Source: the human T2T-CHM13v2.0 reference genome, Homo sapiens
Reading direction: 5' to 3' (one strand)
NCBI RefSeq assembly: GCF_009914755.1
Contig: NC_060930.1
DNA length: 64,000 nucleotides
This document shows, piece after piece, positions 1-11,689 of this stretch. A model generated the notes under the pieces. It did not search any database. It had not been told where the DNA came from and was given only the letters and a program-made list of their open reading frames with translations. The stretch's first letter is position 1; every line of letters starts with the position of its first letter. Both the position numbers and the translations under genes were made by a program.

Positions 1-2441
1 AGAGATAATTCCTGTCTCTGGGATTTTACCATCTAATAATTATCTGGTTTTACTACCTAAGTGGCTCGAATTAAACAAATAACTGCCAAACATGCACTTC
101 ATTTTGCTTTGTAGAGTTACTATCTTAAAAAGAAATTATCCTGCAGGAATACTTGGGATGAAATAGTCTTAAACTTTCTGGGAGAAGAAAACACTGGCCA
201 TATTTTAGAGAGGTCAACGATAGCTCTTTCTCTTTCTCTTAATAGTGGTTAAAGTCATGAGTTCTGGAGCCAGATCGCCTTAGTTCTAATCCCAGCTCAC
301 CACTTTCTAGCTGTGTGGCATTAGATAAATTACTTAGCCTCTCTGTGTCATTTGAAATTGAGTATAAAAATAATACCCACCTTGTAGAGCTATTGGGAGA
401 GTTGAATATGACAATCTTGTGTTGTCACAGTAAGTCTCAATTAATGTTACTTCATTACTTTTGTGTCTCTCCTCTACTTACAATAACAAAATCCTTTCCT
501 GAAGTAAAGTTGTTCATTATTAACTAGAGAGAAAGAAAACTTTATAAAAAAGGAAAGTGGATTTCTTCAGCTATTGGTTGATTTAATAGTCAGGGCATAA
601 GTCATGTGTTCGGTCGGAGAAGTTAGCTTTTTTGCTGGTGAAGGTGCCTACAAGGTAATAAAAATCATGTATTTACATCATTTGGCAAGGTGTTCAACAC
701 CAGTAAGGCCCAGTGGAGAAGCAGGTTTCTCCATGAATGCCAATCGCAGTTTACGCTGTCAGTCACTTTATCAGTTGCCTTTAGATTTTCTTTCCATAAA
801 GAGTAAAGCTAACCACGATGAGATCATTGAATAAAAGTGACTTGAGACTTTGTCGCTTTCGTCACTTTCTAGATTATAGCACTCAATGTTAATTTCAGCC
901 ATTTATACTTTCCAATAATAGACATATGAACATACTTTCTCTTTTTTCTGCAAGCCAGTTCTTATTCAACAACAGGGAAAGGAGGAGCAAAAAAGTCACT
1001 CCAGGCTGAGTAATATCTGGTCCTATCATTGTTCTAAATAAGGAAATATGGGGTGAGCCACTTTAAGGAAGATAACTTTCCTGCCAAGTAGAGGGATTTG
1101 TTTCTGGTTGCATCCTAAAGTCAAATATTAATAGTCTTCAGGATGACCCTTTCCTCTGATCTTCCCTACTGATGAAGATAATAGAAAGCTGATGAAACAG
1201 AAATAGCTGATACCTGTGTCTTCAGACAGTGGTAACGTAGGCATTACTATAAAGACTTTTGACATTTAGACTTAAAGCTTTTGAATAAGATTCATAGTTT
1301 TTGAACAAAAGCTTTATTACTGAGGCTAGTCAGTGGCTATCAGTTAGACCAAGTATTTACAACCTTACATCAAAAAAGGATGGACCAGAAAAATTTAGAA
1401 AAAAAGCGAAGTAGCTTCCAGCTAGTGTACAGTTAATATAAATTGTCAATCCACAAGCCTAGCACCCTTGCCCAAATCCATCTTAATAATAACACTTTTG
1501 TTTAAAATAGCATAAAATAAAATAGTAGCACTAGCACTCATGTCTATTCATCATTCAAGAAAAATTCATGTCCAATTCATTGCAGTCTGCTTTCTTTGTG
1601 TCCCCTGGAAGCTGCTTGCCTCCTTAGATGGGAGTGACTTAAAAGAAAAAGGGGAGGGGGGAATATACGGAGCAAGTCAAAAATCCTTTTGGCAAGAAAA
1701 ATCCACAAACAATGGTGTAAAATGCATTGGAAAATAATGCTGCTGAAGTACTATGACTATGACACTCTGTAAGCTTTCAGGCACAATGAGCCAGCCTGAG
1801 CCTTCGCACTCTCACCCCATTCAAACTCCAATAAAAATGTTTTCAAGAAATGGCTCATACTTATTTATTCCTACATCCAATATAACATAAGGATGTCAAA
1901 ATTTTCCATCCTCAGCTGTGTAATCTGGGCTTTTAATTTCTCCCACCAAAAGTGCATATGGCATACTCCTTCCGAGACCAAACGATTAAAGCAAAGTCTG
2001 GAAAACTTTGCACTAAGAGCCAGTCTGAGACAGACTATGCAGTCCTCATTCCTCTCATTACAGTTCCCCAGGGCAGTGGAAGCCAGGCCTGGGGAAGCCA
2101 AGGAGACTTGAGCCAATGCCTGCCGCGATTCAAGTCAGACACCCTCTGATCTCCAGTGGCTGCTGTGAAGCGGCTCCAAGTCTTAACTTCTCACCGAGGT
2201 ATTTCCCCGGCAACTTTCAGAGCAGATGGACTCGGGTGTACTGTGAACCCCTGGAGTGGGTCTCAAAGACCGGGTCTCTGCTTGCTTGTCTGCCTTGCAT
2301 GTCAACCTCAGTGACCGAGACTCATCTTAGAACTCTCCGGGACACACAAGGGACTGACAGTAAGGAACACGCATACACAAGCACACACCCGCAGGCACAG
2401 CTTTCAGCTTGCAAGGTAACCTGTAAAAGGCACTCTCTTAC
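1..2441 (-). other. NEDD9: NEDD9 intron following the MKYK exon (partial)
   Basis: Starts at donor GTAAGAG (2441); the next coding exon (NLMARALY...) is not found in the window. Confidence 0.9.
241..455 (+). mobile_element. MIR SINE
   Basis: ATAGTGGTTAA...TCTGGAGCCAGA...CTAGCTGTGTG...TTACTTAGCCTCTCTGTG matches the MIR core. Confidence 0.8.
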
Positions 2442-2453
2442 CTTATACTTCAT
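2442..2453 (-). CDS. NEDD9: NEDD9 (HEF1/Cas-L) first coding exon segment, Met-Lys-Tyr-Lys; rest of the CDS lies beyond the left edge of the window
   Basis: Minus strand reads GCCGAAATGAAGTATAAG|GTAAGAG: ATG with purine at -3, 4 codons, then a consensus 5' splice site at 2441-2436. MKYK matches the recalled NEDD9 N-terminus. Confidence 0.95.
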
Positions 2454-2620
2454 TTCGGCAGCGGTGGGTTGAGCCGTTTTCCTACACTAGTTAAGACAGC
2501 ATTAAGCACTGCGGTGCCCGCCCCTCCATTGAGTGCAGCGCTAGATGAAAGCGAGAAGGTCCCGGGCAGAGCCGCTTGTCAGTCGCAGCGCCTCCCTCAA
2601 GTCTCTGAGCTCACTGTTGT
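2454..2620 (-). other. NEDD9: NEDD9 exon 1 5' UTR (TSS approximate, ~2605-2625)
   Basis: Minus strand AGAGACTTGAGGGAGGCGCTGCGACTGACAAGCGG...CCACCGCTGCCGAAATG matches the recalled HEF1 mRNA leader; CpG-rich. Confidence 0.85.
2491..2529 (-). other. Upstream ORF in the NEDD9 5' UTR (MEGRAPQCLMLS*), with a second in-frame ATG at 2502
   Basis: ATG GAG GGG CGG GCA CCG CAG TGC TTA ATG CTG TCT TAA; stop ends 37 nt before the main ATG. Confidence 0.75.
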
Positions 2621-2644
2621 GACTGAGGCAGGCTGATCGCGGAC

Positions 2645-2710
2645 CTCATTTGCATGCCGCCCCGCCATTGGCTAGTGGGACAAGGTAATGCTCAGGCCCT
2701 GCCCACCCCT
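2645..2710 (-). promoter_or_regulatory. NEDD9 proximal promoter: CCAAT box, GC box and octamer; no TATA box seen
   Basis: Minus strand TAGCCAATGGCGGGGCGGCATGCAAATGAGG: CCAAT 2667-2671, GC box 2656-2666, ATGCAAAT 2648-2655; CACCC box 2701-2708. Confidence 0.8.
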
Positions 2711-2980
2711 AATTCTGAAAAACTGACAAAGAACTTGTAATGTGATCGCTTCTTTTTGCTTTATCAGACGGTGGAAAATAAAACAGAAAGTGGGGAACCG
2801 TCCTGAACCTTACTCTGTCCTCCCGCCCCCGCCAAAAAAGAAGACAGAAAGAGAAAGAACAGGAAAAGGAGATACATTCTTTTTAAGATTAACCCAAATT
2901 TTAAAGAAACTGAATTCACAAAAGCAGTCTGACAGTCGCGCTTCCTGTGACCTAGCAACTCCTTCATAAACCCATTTCGT

Positions 2981-4271
2981 TTCAAAGCCATTCACCTCAC
3001 AATCTCTACATGAAACGAACTCCGGGAACAAAAGGTTTTCTGTCTCCGGGCCCCTTTTTACTAACCACCCCTGCTGATACCTCTCTCTCTCTCTGTCCCT
3101 TTTTCTTTCCCCCTCCTCCCGCCTACTTTTTGTGTGTGTGTGACTGTTTGCTTTTTTTGTTCTTTTCAACGTTCAAAGTACTTTGCGATGTCAGTCTGCA
3201 AGGAGCTGGAAGACAATTCTCCCTTAGTGAAAAGGAACCCTCTAGCACACGCACCAGCGTTTTCCTGGACAGCTTCTCACCAGGGCCTCAGAGTTGCGGG
3301 TCACACATATTGAGCGACCTTCAGTGGCTTTGCTGAGGATAAAGGTTAGATGTGACCTCTCGGATGGGGTTGGCCAGTGCACGCCCTATACATCATCACC
3401 GTCCACTGAGTTCTGTGTTCTTTGACGGCTGGCATTTCTAGCTCCAGCTTTGAACACTGCAGTGTTTTTCCTTCTGACCTCTGTCCTGAGGATGACCCAT
3501 TAACCCACCAACACTTATTATCCAGGAGAACGAAAATGCCCACTGTTTGATGAGCCTGGTTAAAAAGACCAGTCTCTCTCCAGCGAAGCACAGAACATAA
3601 TTTCTATAAAGGTTCCATTTTAGGATTTCTATAGAGAAAGAGAATCACCCAGAAAACAGAAATGGTCACCTTCTGCAACTCTTCTCACGGACAGAGCAGT
3701 GAGGCGAAAAATTCCTTTTTCCCGGGCAAGACTGAGACTTGGTGAATCCAGACAATAGCTGTCCCTGAGTGGGATGCACTCCAACCAGACTACATGACTT
3801 GGATGGAAAAATCAGCCCTTATTTTTTTTTTTCCTGACCAAGTTGGATCAGAATCTGATTCCCTTCGCCTCTAACACACAAATTCCCAATGGATGAAAAC
3901 TCTACTTTTATGATCTAAGCAAAAGGAATGAGAGAACAGCTGTCCTACAAAAGTGGTTTCCAGATACAGGGTTGGCAGGTTAGTTTGCAGTTCAGTGTGG
4001 CACTGATTCCAGGGACATGACCCCCCAGGCCATCCTAATGAGGTTGACATACCTGTTCCAGCCTGTATTAGGCCTTGCTTCTCCTCATTTGTCCTTAGAG
4101 CAAAAATAAGCCTGAGTGATTGTGCAAGGCCTTTCTGAACACAAATTAAGCACGCAGCATATTGCATTGTAACGATCTCCTTAAGAATCCTGCAGACTGA
4201 CCGGAGAGTCGTTAGTTTGCAGGAAATTGTTTTTGGTGTCTACCTGGATAAAGGAGGACAATGATTCAAAG
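2981..4271. promoter_or_regulatory. Cluster of TCF/LEF motifs and AhR XRE cores in the upstream promoter
   Basis: TTCAAAG 2981-2987, 3172-3178, 4265-4271; CTTTGAA 3448-3454; CACGCA 3248-3253, 4151-4156. NEDD9 is a recalled Wnt and AhR target. Confidence 0.5.
3475..3505 (-). promoter_or_regulatory. Complex retinoic acid response element (four half-sites spaced 1-5-1)
   Basis: Minus strand GGTTAA-T-GGGTCA-TCCTC-AGGACA-G-AGGTCA (DR1/DR5/DR1); agrees with my recollection of a reported complex RARE upstream of NEDD9. Confidence 0.8.
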
Positions 4272-4650
4272 CCCTTCCCATCTGTAAGATGAGTCTTGCG
4301 GCCTCCAAGAGATCTAGATAACATTCCTTTGGCTTCCTAAGTGGTCAAGCTGAATCCTTTTTCTGTTTTGTTTGATGAATATCATTGAGTAAGTGAGTGC
4401 TGTCCCATCCTATTTTAATGTTTTCAAACAGTTTCCTAAAGTTTGTGCTGGGGTTTTTTTGTAATTTCATTCTCTAGCTAGTGGCCCTCCTGCTTTCCTG
4501 TTTCTGTCCTGTAAGGTAAGTAAGACACATGTAATCTACCCGAAGTTCATTTCAAGAAGGCTTGGGTCAGTATATAGTTAGCTGCCTAAAGGAAAGCACA
4601 AGGGTGTTGGAATCAGGTAAACCTGTGCTGGAACCTCAAAACATTTTTAA

Positions 4651-4947
4651 TTTTTTTTTTTTTTTTTTGAGACAAAGTTTCATTCTTGTTGCCCAGGCTG
4701 GAGTGCAGTGGTGCAATATCGGCTCACTGCAATCCCCGCATCTCTGGTTCAAGCAATTCCCTCAGCCTCCCGAGTAGCTGGGATTACATGTGTCTGCCAC
4801 CATACCTGGCTAATTTTTTGTATTTTTAGTAGAGACGGGGTTTCACCAGATTGGCCAGGCTGGTCTCGAACTCCTGACCTCAGGTGATCTACCTGCTTCA
4901 GTCTCCCAAAGTGCTGGGATTACAGGCGTGGGCCACTGTGCCTGGCC
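4651..4947 (-). mobile_element. AluS (Sq/Sx-like) inserted into a plus-strand MIR (~4570-5100)
   Basis: Poly-T, full dimer ending CCTGGCC; MIR-like sequence on both flanks. Confidence 0.95.
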
Positions 4948-5334
4948 AGTTGAACTTCTTAATTTTGATGTCCTTCAGTATGAAATAGAGAAAATAATAA
5001 TACCTGCTAGCCTCATAATGAGGATTAAATAAGATAATGTGGATAGAATTTAATAGTACTTGTTACATTGTAAGACCTTAAATGGTTGCTTGTTCTTATT
5101 ACTGTTGTTATTAGTTATTATTTTAATTAATATCAGATTTATGATATTTTGTTAATATTTTATGACATTATTGCTATATTCTATAGATTATTATTTAATT
5201 ATTGTATTAATTATAACTAGTATTAATATTAGACTACTGTTGATAAGTGTGGTAGGCATTCAGAAGAAGTTGGAGGAACCCCTTCTCTGTGTGCCATTCT
5301 TTCATAAGGCAGCTTTCTCACTGAACTGTTATCA

Positions 5335-5880
5335 CTAGAGCACCTAGCATGTGCCAGGTACCTTTCTAGGAGGGGAGGATACAGCAGTAGCCCAGACAAA
5401 GTTCCCATCTTCATGGAGCTTACAGTCTAGTGAGAGTTGAGGAAAATAATTAAATGAATGTATAATATGATTTGCAGTGATAAATGCTATGAAGAAAAAT
5501 TAAGCAGGGAAAATTGCTGGAGGAAAACAGACCAGGGTGGGACAGGAGGTGTATTATTTTAGATAAAGTGGTCAGGGAAGCTCCTCTGAGGAGATGATAT
5601 TTAAGCAGAAATCTGAATAGTTTCAGGGATCCAGCCACTCAGAGATCTAGGGGATGAGCATTCCGGACAGAAGTGACCCAGGGGAAGGGCCCGCAGTAGG
5701 CACGAGCTTAGTGTGTCTAAGCGCAGCAAGCTGTCTAGTGTGCTTAGCGTGGGGTACACAGGGCTGGATGGAGAGGATGAGCTCAGAGAGGTAGGTGGTA
5801 GGGAGCTTGGATTTTTTTCCTGAGTGTGACATGAAGCCTCTGCAGTGTTTTGACCAGGGAGTAATCTGTTTCTCTCCGGT
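5335..5880 (-). mobile_element. L2 LINE 3' fragment
   Basis: TGTGCCAGG...GGATACAGCAGT...CATGGAGCTTACAGTCTAGT is the reverse complement of the L2 3' end. Confidence 0.85.
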
Positions 5881-6689
5881 TTGTTAAACACTCAAGGACA
5901 GCAGGCTACTAGTTAAAATATTGAGCTCTGGTCTTAATGCAGCTTAAATAATGCAGATAGTTGTTACTTTATTAGTGTCATTTAGTATGTTGCCCTTAAA
6001 ACTCTTCAGGGAAACACAAATTGTCTCAGTGAATACAGAAACAATTCCCTTCCTCATTTATTACTATCAGATGCAAAAATGATGTTTAAACTGGGCTATG
6101 TAATTGATTTATGCAGCAGCCCTAGGATTCCCATAGAGACCCTCCTGAAATTGGCTAGAACTCTGGGCCTCCGGTTCCACTTCCTGCACTTGCCAGCACT
6201 CCGGTGGGCATCCCCTCCTGTCATCCTTGCCGCCTGCCTGCTCTTCAACCAAGCACTCTTCCTTCCAGATGCTTGTGCAGGCAGGAGTGAGGGAAATGGC
6301 ACCGGATGCCATTCTAATGATTTTCCAGCTGCAACTGGGCACTGGCATAAATACAGCAAAAAATCAAGAGGAGGCTAGAAGGAAGAAATACTTCTGTTGA
6401 CAACTTGGAATGAACCCACGTGACTGCTCTCTAAGAGTGAAGGGCAAAGAGTGAAGAGCATGTGAGGGCAGGAAATGACTTTGGAAATCACCTAATCCAG
6501 CCACTCATAGAGAGGGCAGAGCTGTCTGTCGCTCAGAGAGATTGAGTGCCTCACACAGGGCCCCACCAGTTTGAGTTATAACAGCAATTGGTGGTGAGGT
6601 CAGGCCCCTGAATCTCTTGGTCTGGTCTATTCTAATGATTTCTTTTTAGTTTCTTTGCCTAACTCTCTCACTGCTGTCATCTATCTTCC

Positions 6690-7275
6690 ACGTTGCTCAC
6701 TACGTGTTTAATTCCTGGAATACAGAGTCGATCACATTACTACCGTGTTTAAAAACCTCTAGTGACACTTCAATGGCTTAACAAGCAAAATCTGGACACT
6801 TTGGCATGGACCACCATCTGAACCCACCCTTTCTTTCTCCCTCTACCGCCGACCCCCATCCCACCCTCTAGCCATACTTGGGAGTGTGGGGTTGCCGGGA
6901 ACTTACTGATTCCAAGACGGACTTGCACCTTCCTGACTTGCACAGGCAGGCCCCTTTGCTGAGAATGACCCCCCTTCACTCTTCTGCTGTCAAGTTTGGC
7001 CTCAACACTAACCCTTTTGTGTATCCTTGTCTACAACCCCCACCCTGCCCACCTCGCCCTTTCAGAACTAATTCCTCCCTCCCTTCACTATGCCCCCATT
7101 GTACTGGAACACGGCCCTATTATAAGGGCTTTCCACGTTGTCTCATAATGATTTGTTGATGTCTGTTTCCCCAGCTCCGATGTGTGTTCTTGGGGAACAG
7201 GGTGGTATCTTGTTCATCTGTGTCCCCTGTCCTGTTGTATACCTTAGAGGTGCATAAATGCTTGCAGCATCAATG
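6690..7275 (+). mobile_element. L2 LINE fragment
   Basis: Degenerate L2 3' region ending TGTCTGTTTCCCC...TCTTGTTCATCTGTGTCCCC...ATAAATGCTTG. Confidence 0.65.
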
Positions 7276-7454
7276 AGTAAGAAGATAAATGTAACTTCAA
7301 AGAACGTATGTTTATCATGAGGTTCTGTTTGGTGCCCAGGAAGGGAACAGGGAAGACATATTCCCCCGTGTGTTTGAGTTTAGCAGTGAGTTTTCCATTT
7401 ATTTAAAATGGTGTTAGGATGCACCTTTTCAGAACCAACTCAAGGCCTGTTGCT

Positions 7455-7720
7455 AGTTCTGCATCTATGAGCCAAGAATAGCTTTTACATTTTTAAGTGG
7501 TTGGGAAAAAAACCAAAGATGAGACATGAAAATGATGTGAAATTCAAATTTCGATGTCTATAAATAAAATTTTATTGGAACACAGCCATCCCTATTCATG
7601 TAGGGATGTCTTTTGAGCTGTAATGGCAGACTCTGAGCACATGCCACAGAGATGGCAAAGCCCCCAAAGCCGAAGAAGAAAAAGTATTATTTGGTTGTCT
7701 CTAGAAGTTTGCCGACCCAC
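7455..7720 (+). mobile_element. MER58B-like hAT-Charlie DNA transposon
   Basis: GAAATTCAAATTTC...ATAAATAAAATTTTATTGGAACACAGCCA...AAGTTTGCCGACCC. Confidence 0.85.
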
Positions 7721-8064
7721 ACTCTAGATTAGTGCAAGGTACATCTATGCCTGAGTTCAGAATAAAGTATAGATCTTTCCACATCTACAGGGGAACAATC
7801 TGGAAGCTGAGTGAGTGCTAGACCAGAGGAACAAGCCCAGTCCTAAAAAGGAACCATTCTAGGGCCATGTTTTATCATTTCTAGTTTGACATTAGTTTTT
7901 AAAAACAATCTACATATACCAAGCTTATTTCAAAAATAATTGGAGGCAGCAACTTTTCCAGTCTTTTACAAGTCTCCAGAAACCTCCTCAAAGACCAGCC
8001 ATTGAGAGTTTTCTCCTTCAATACAACTGACTCTTGGTTCATTCAGCCTTCACCGAAACCCTCC

Positions 8065-8295
8065 GAGGTGCCAGGCCCTGTGCCAGATGTTTACAAGCAG
8101 GAGTCCATTTAATATTCATCTCACGTAACAGCCCTGTGAGGTAGCTTGTATTGTTCTTACTTTACACTTCACAAAACCAAGACTGGAGAAGTTCTACAGC
8201 ATGCGCCAACTTACAGGGTGATGGCCCATTTTGTTTATGAACCCAGGCTTTCTGGTTTCTGAGTCTGTGTGGCCCTGACCATGGAGCTATATTGC
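8065..8295 (-). mobile_element. MIR SINE
   Basis: GTGCCAGGCCCTGTG...AACAGCCCTGTGAGGTAG...TGAACCCAGG. Confidence 0.7.
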
Positions 8296-8813
8296 TGCCA
8301 TTCTCTTCATATGAATGAATGAATTAATGCACTTCGTTATCTGAGCACATGTTTGTCCGCTCAATAAGGTCGAGTCTCCACCCTCGTGGGACTAAGCTCA
8401 ACTGAGAAACAGGTATTGTTCTTGAGTTGTGAGGAGGGCTGATGCAGCCGTGTAAATACAAATGCACACACCCCTTACTCACGTGCACGTTGGAGCCTGT
8501 GCGTATGTAGTTCTTCTTTCATCACTCTGCCCCACTTCGTGGCTCTGCTTACCTACATCCTATCGTGCCTCCCGCTTGTACCCCATCTTCTTTATAAAAC
8601 CTTTCCTAGAAAAATCTCTCCATTGTTGCTCTCCTCCCTCCAATCTTCCTCTGTATCTCTGGACTCCCGTCACCTGTGGCCTAAGTCTATGCTTCCCAAA
8701 TCCAATTTCCCTTAAGAAACAATTAGAAATGCTTAGGCCTCTCTCCTTTAAGTATGAGCCGCAGTAGGCTTAGTATGAGGCTATGGAATCTACCCGTTTA
8801 AAGTGATCTTCAT

Positions 8814-9125
8814 GGCTGTGTACGGTAGCTCACACTTGTAATCCTAGCACTTTGGTTGGCCAAGGCAGGAGGATTGCTTGAGCCCAGGAGTTTGAGACCA
8901 GCCTGGGCAATATAGCAAGACTCCAACTCTACAAAAATAAAAATTAAAAAAAATTAACCAGGTGTGGTGGTGCATGCCTATAGTCTCAGTTACTTAGGAG
9001 GCTGAGGGGGGAGGATCACTTGAGCCCAGGAGGTCAACGCTGCAGTGTGCCATGTTTGTGCCACTGCACTGCAGCCTGGGAGACAGAGTGAGACCCTGTC
9101 TCTAAAAAAATAAAAATAAAAAAAA
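8814..9125 (+). mobile_element. AluJ
   Basis: GGATTGCTTGAGCCCAGGAG (J-type), dimer and A tail. Confidence 0.95.
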
Positions 9126-9699
9126 TCTGCATATGCTCTCTAGTCAGTTTTATGTATATAACACACCATTTAGTGCTTGGTATTCCCTTACATGGTTTCT
9201 TTTGTGAGAGTTTCTTTTCCACAATGAGATTTTGAGCAATTTATAGAAGAGGGTTCTGTCTTTTCTTTTGTTGTAGCCCATTTTGCACTTATGTAGGTGA
9301 CTGAACCCCATCTTTTGTCCTCTCAAAGCCTGTGTCTTGTCTGTGCACACTGCCTTCACTGAATTCAACAGGGGGACAAATAAGCCACTTCTCAGAAGGC
9401 AAGGGAATGAGCTCCTCTCACTTCAAGGCAATAAACCTCTTTTATCTGTTGAACTGGTCAAGCTCTTGGAATGAATGAAAGTCTATTATTAGAGAAAAGC
9501 CCAAAAGAGTTTTAATGCTTGATTCTTTATATACTGTGAAATAGGGCTTTCATTCACTTTCCCTCCACTAATATTTTGGCACAAGAGACCTCATGAAGGC
9601 TACCCGACCTTACCCCGAACTACCTCGTTAGCAACAGTGTCCTAGGAATACATTCTATTTTCTGAAAGACTTGTTAAGTTCGTATTAAAAAAAATAATA

Positions 9700-9999
9700 G
9701 GCCAGGCACGGTGGCTCACACCTGTAATCCCAGCACTTTGGGAGGCTGAGGCAGGTGGATCATGAGGTAAGGAGATTGAGACCATCCTGGCCAACATGGT
9801 GAAACCCCATCTCTACTAAAAATACAAAAATTAGCTGGGCATGGTGGTGCACACCTGTAGTCCTAGCTACTTGGGACGATGAGACAGGAGAATCGCTTGA
9901 ACCCGGGAGGCGGAGATTTCAGTGAGCCAAGATCGAGCCACTGCACTCCAGCCTGGGGACAGAGCGAGACTTCATCTCAAAAAAAAAAAAAAAAAAAAA
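9700..9999 (+). mobile_element. AluS (Sc-like)
   Basis: GGATCATGAGGT...GAGACCATCCTGGCCAACATGG, poly-A tail. Confidence 0.95.
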
Positions 10000-11689
10000 G
10001 AAATTTGTTTCTGCAGATGGAGGTGGAGGGTAGTGTCTTCTAAAAAAGCTCCTTGACTCGTGATCCCTGAATTTCTTCTCATTTGGTTCCCTCCTAACTC
10101 ATTTCGCTCTCAAGGACAAGCTGCCTGGGGTGGGTGGGGCGCTAGGCAGCAGAGAATGGAAGCAGTTTCTCTAGATCTTCTAGGTTACAGCGACGCGGTG
10201 GGTCTCCACACTGTGAAGACTTGACGAGGACCTGGTGCCTCTTACCACTTAGCTGAGCTTGAGCAGGCTGTCACTGTACAGCCCCTTACAACCACCACTC
10301 CTATTGAGCCCTCTTCCTGCTTCCTTCCATCTCTTTGAGGTGGCTTTTAATTATCCCAAGGGTGAAGCGCTAAAATGGGATGTCTTAGGCCCCTCTTAGT
10401 TCTTGATAAACCATGAAATAGAACACGTAAAACCGTGTCACTACCGTGCTACTAAAAACCTAGCCAGACCACCTTAAGTGGAGTGACTATGGCTAATATC
10501 TTGACTTGATGTTTAAAAAACTGTGCGATTGTGAAGTTTTGATGTTTAGTGTTATTATAACTTTGGAATACTTAATTACTACCTTTTTTTCTTCAAAGAA
10601 TTGAAAAACGTTGACAGATTAAATTAGGTGTTAAATAAATTCACTCGACTCTAGTGAAATGTGACAAGCAATTGTGACGCTCCATTTTAGCATTTTCTTT
10701 ACATGAAAGACTTGGATGAATTAACTTAAAGGTGAAGTGATAAGAAAAATTAGAAATGCATAAAGATTTAGGCTTATCTCCATAATTGTGCAAGGTTCAC
10801 ATTTCTACTATTTATGTGTCCCCAGCTAGGTAAAGGCATAGAGTTCAGTGGAACAAAAGGAGTTTAATAGTAAAATTGTGCAGGCTGCCTGGCAAAGCCT
10901 CTCTCTCCTGTTTTCTCTAGCCGTGAGGTGTTCTGTTATTACATGCTTTAGTTTGTCCAAATAAACAACTTGTTATATGAAACTGTCATGGAAATCTTTT
11001 CTGCTGATAGAAACTTCACACTGTGGATTTTTACAAAGGTTGAAGTGATCTGCCAACATCAAATAAACAGGAATGGACTCTCATGGCTGAAATGAGAGTG
11101 GCCGTCTCCTCTTTCCGGAGGCACTGCCCAAACACAATCATCTTGGTGCATACTACCTATTAAATGAAGGGGAGCAAAGGCATCAGGTCTTCTTCTTGCT
11201 AACCTTTGTGCTTCCTCTATATGTTCTTACATTTGAAAAGTCTTCCTGACTTCTCTGGCATACACTTTCTATGTGATGTCATGTGGTATAAGACATGATC
11301 TTTCCTACTTGCCATGGCATGACATCATGTGATATGATGCGACTTTGTAGCCCTCTTCCCCTCTCCACGTCTTGCTATTGTCTAGTTGGACTAAGCAGAA
11401 AAGGCTTATGGATTGTGTGCCCTAGCTTCCTAGATGGGCTGGATTTTCTGTTTCCAATCTACTTCCGAGCTTTGCCATTCTCCAGCGCACTCTGGCCTCC
11501 GGAAGCCATCTTCCACACCAGCCATCCAGCATAGCTCCGGGGGCGGAGGTAGGGACAGTACACAATGGGGGAGAAGGGAGTGTTTTAAACACCAAATGGC
11601 CACTAGTAATGCCCAGGGTACCTCATTTCTTCAGGGGTTGGAGATGCATTTTCTCCCCCTCGTGCCTTAAAAGAGCCCAGCTGACCCAG

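Noticed and set aside
2930-2960. Alternative candidate for the 1-5-1 RARE
   Set aside because: Only one good half-site (AGGTCA); the 3475-3505 element fits far better
5100-5230. Very AT-rich stretch
   Set aside because: Low-complexity extension of a MIR tail; no structure beyond composition
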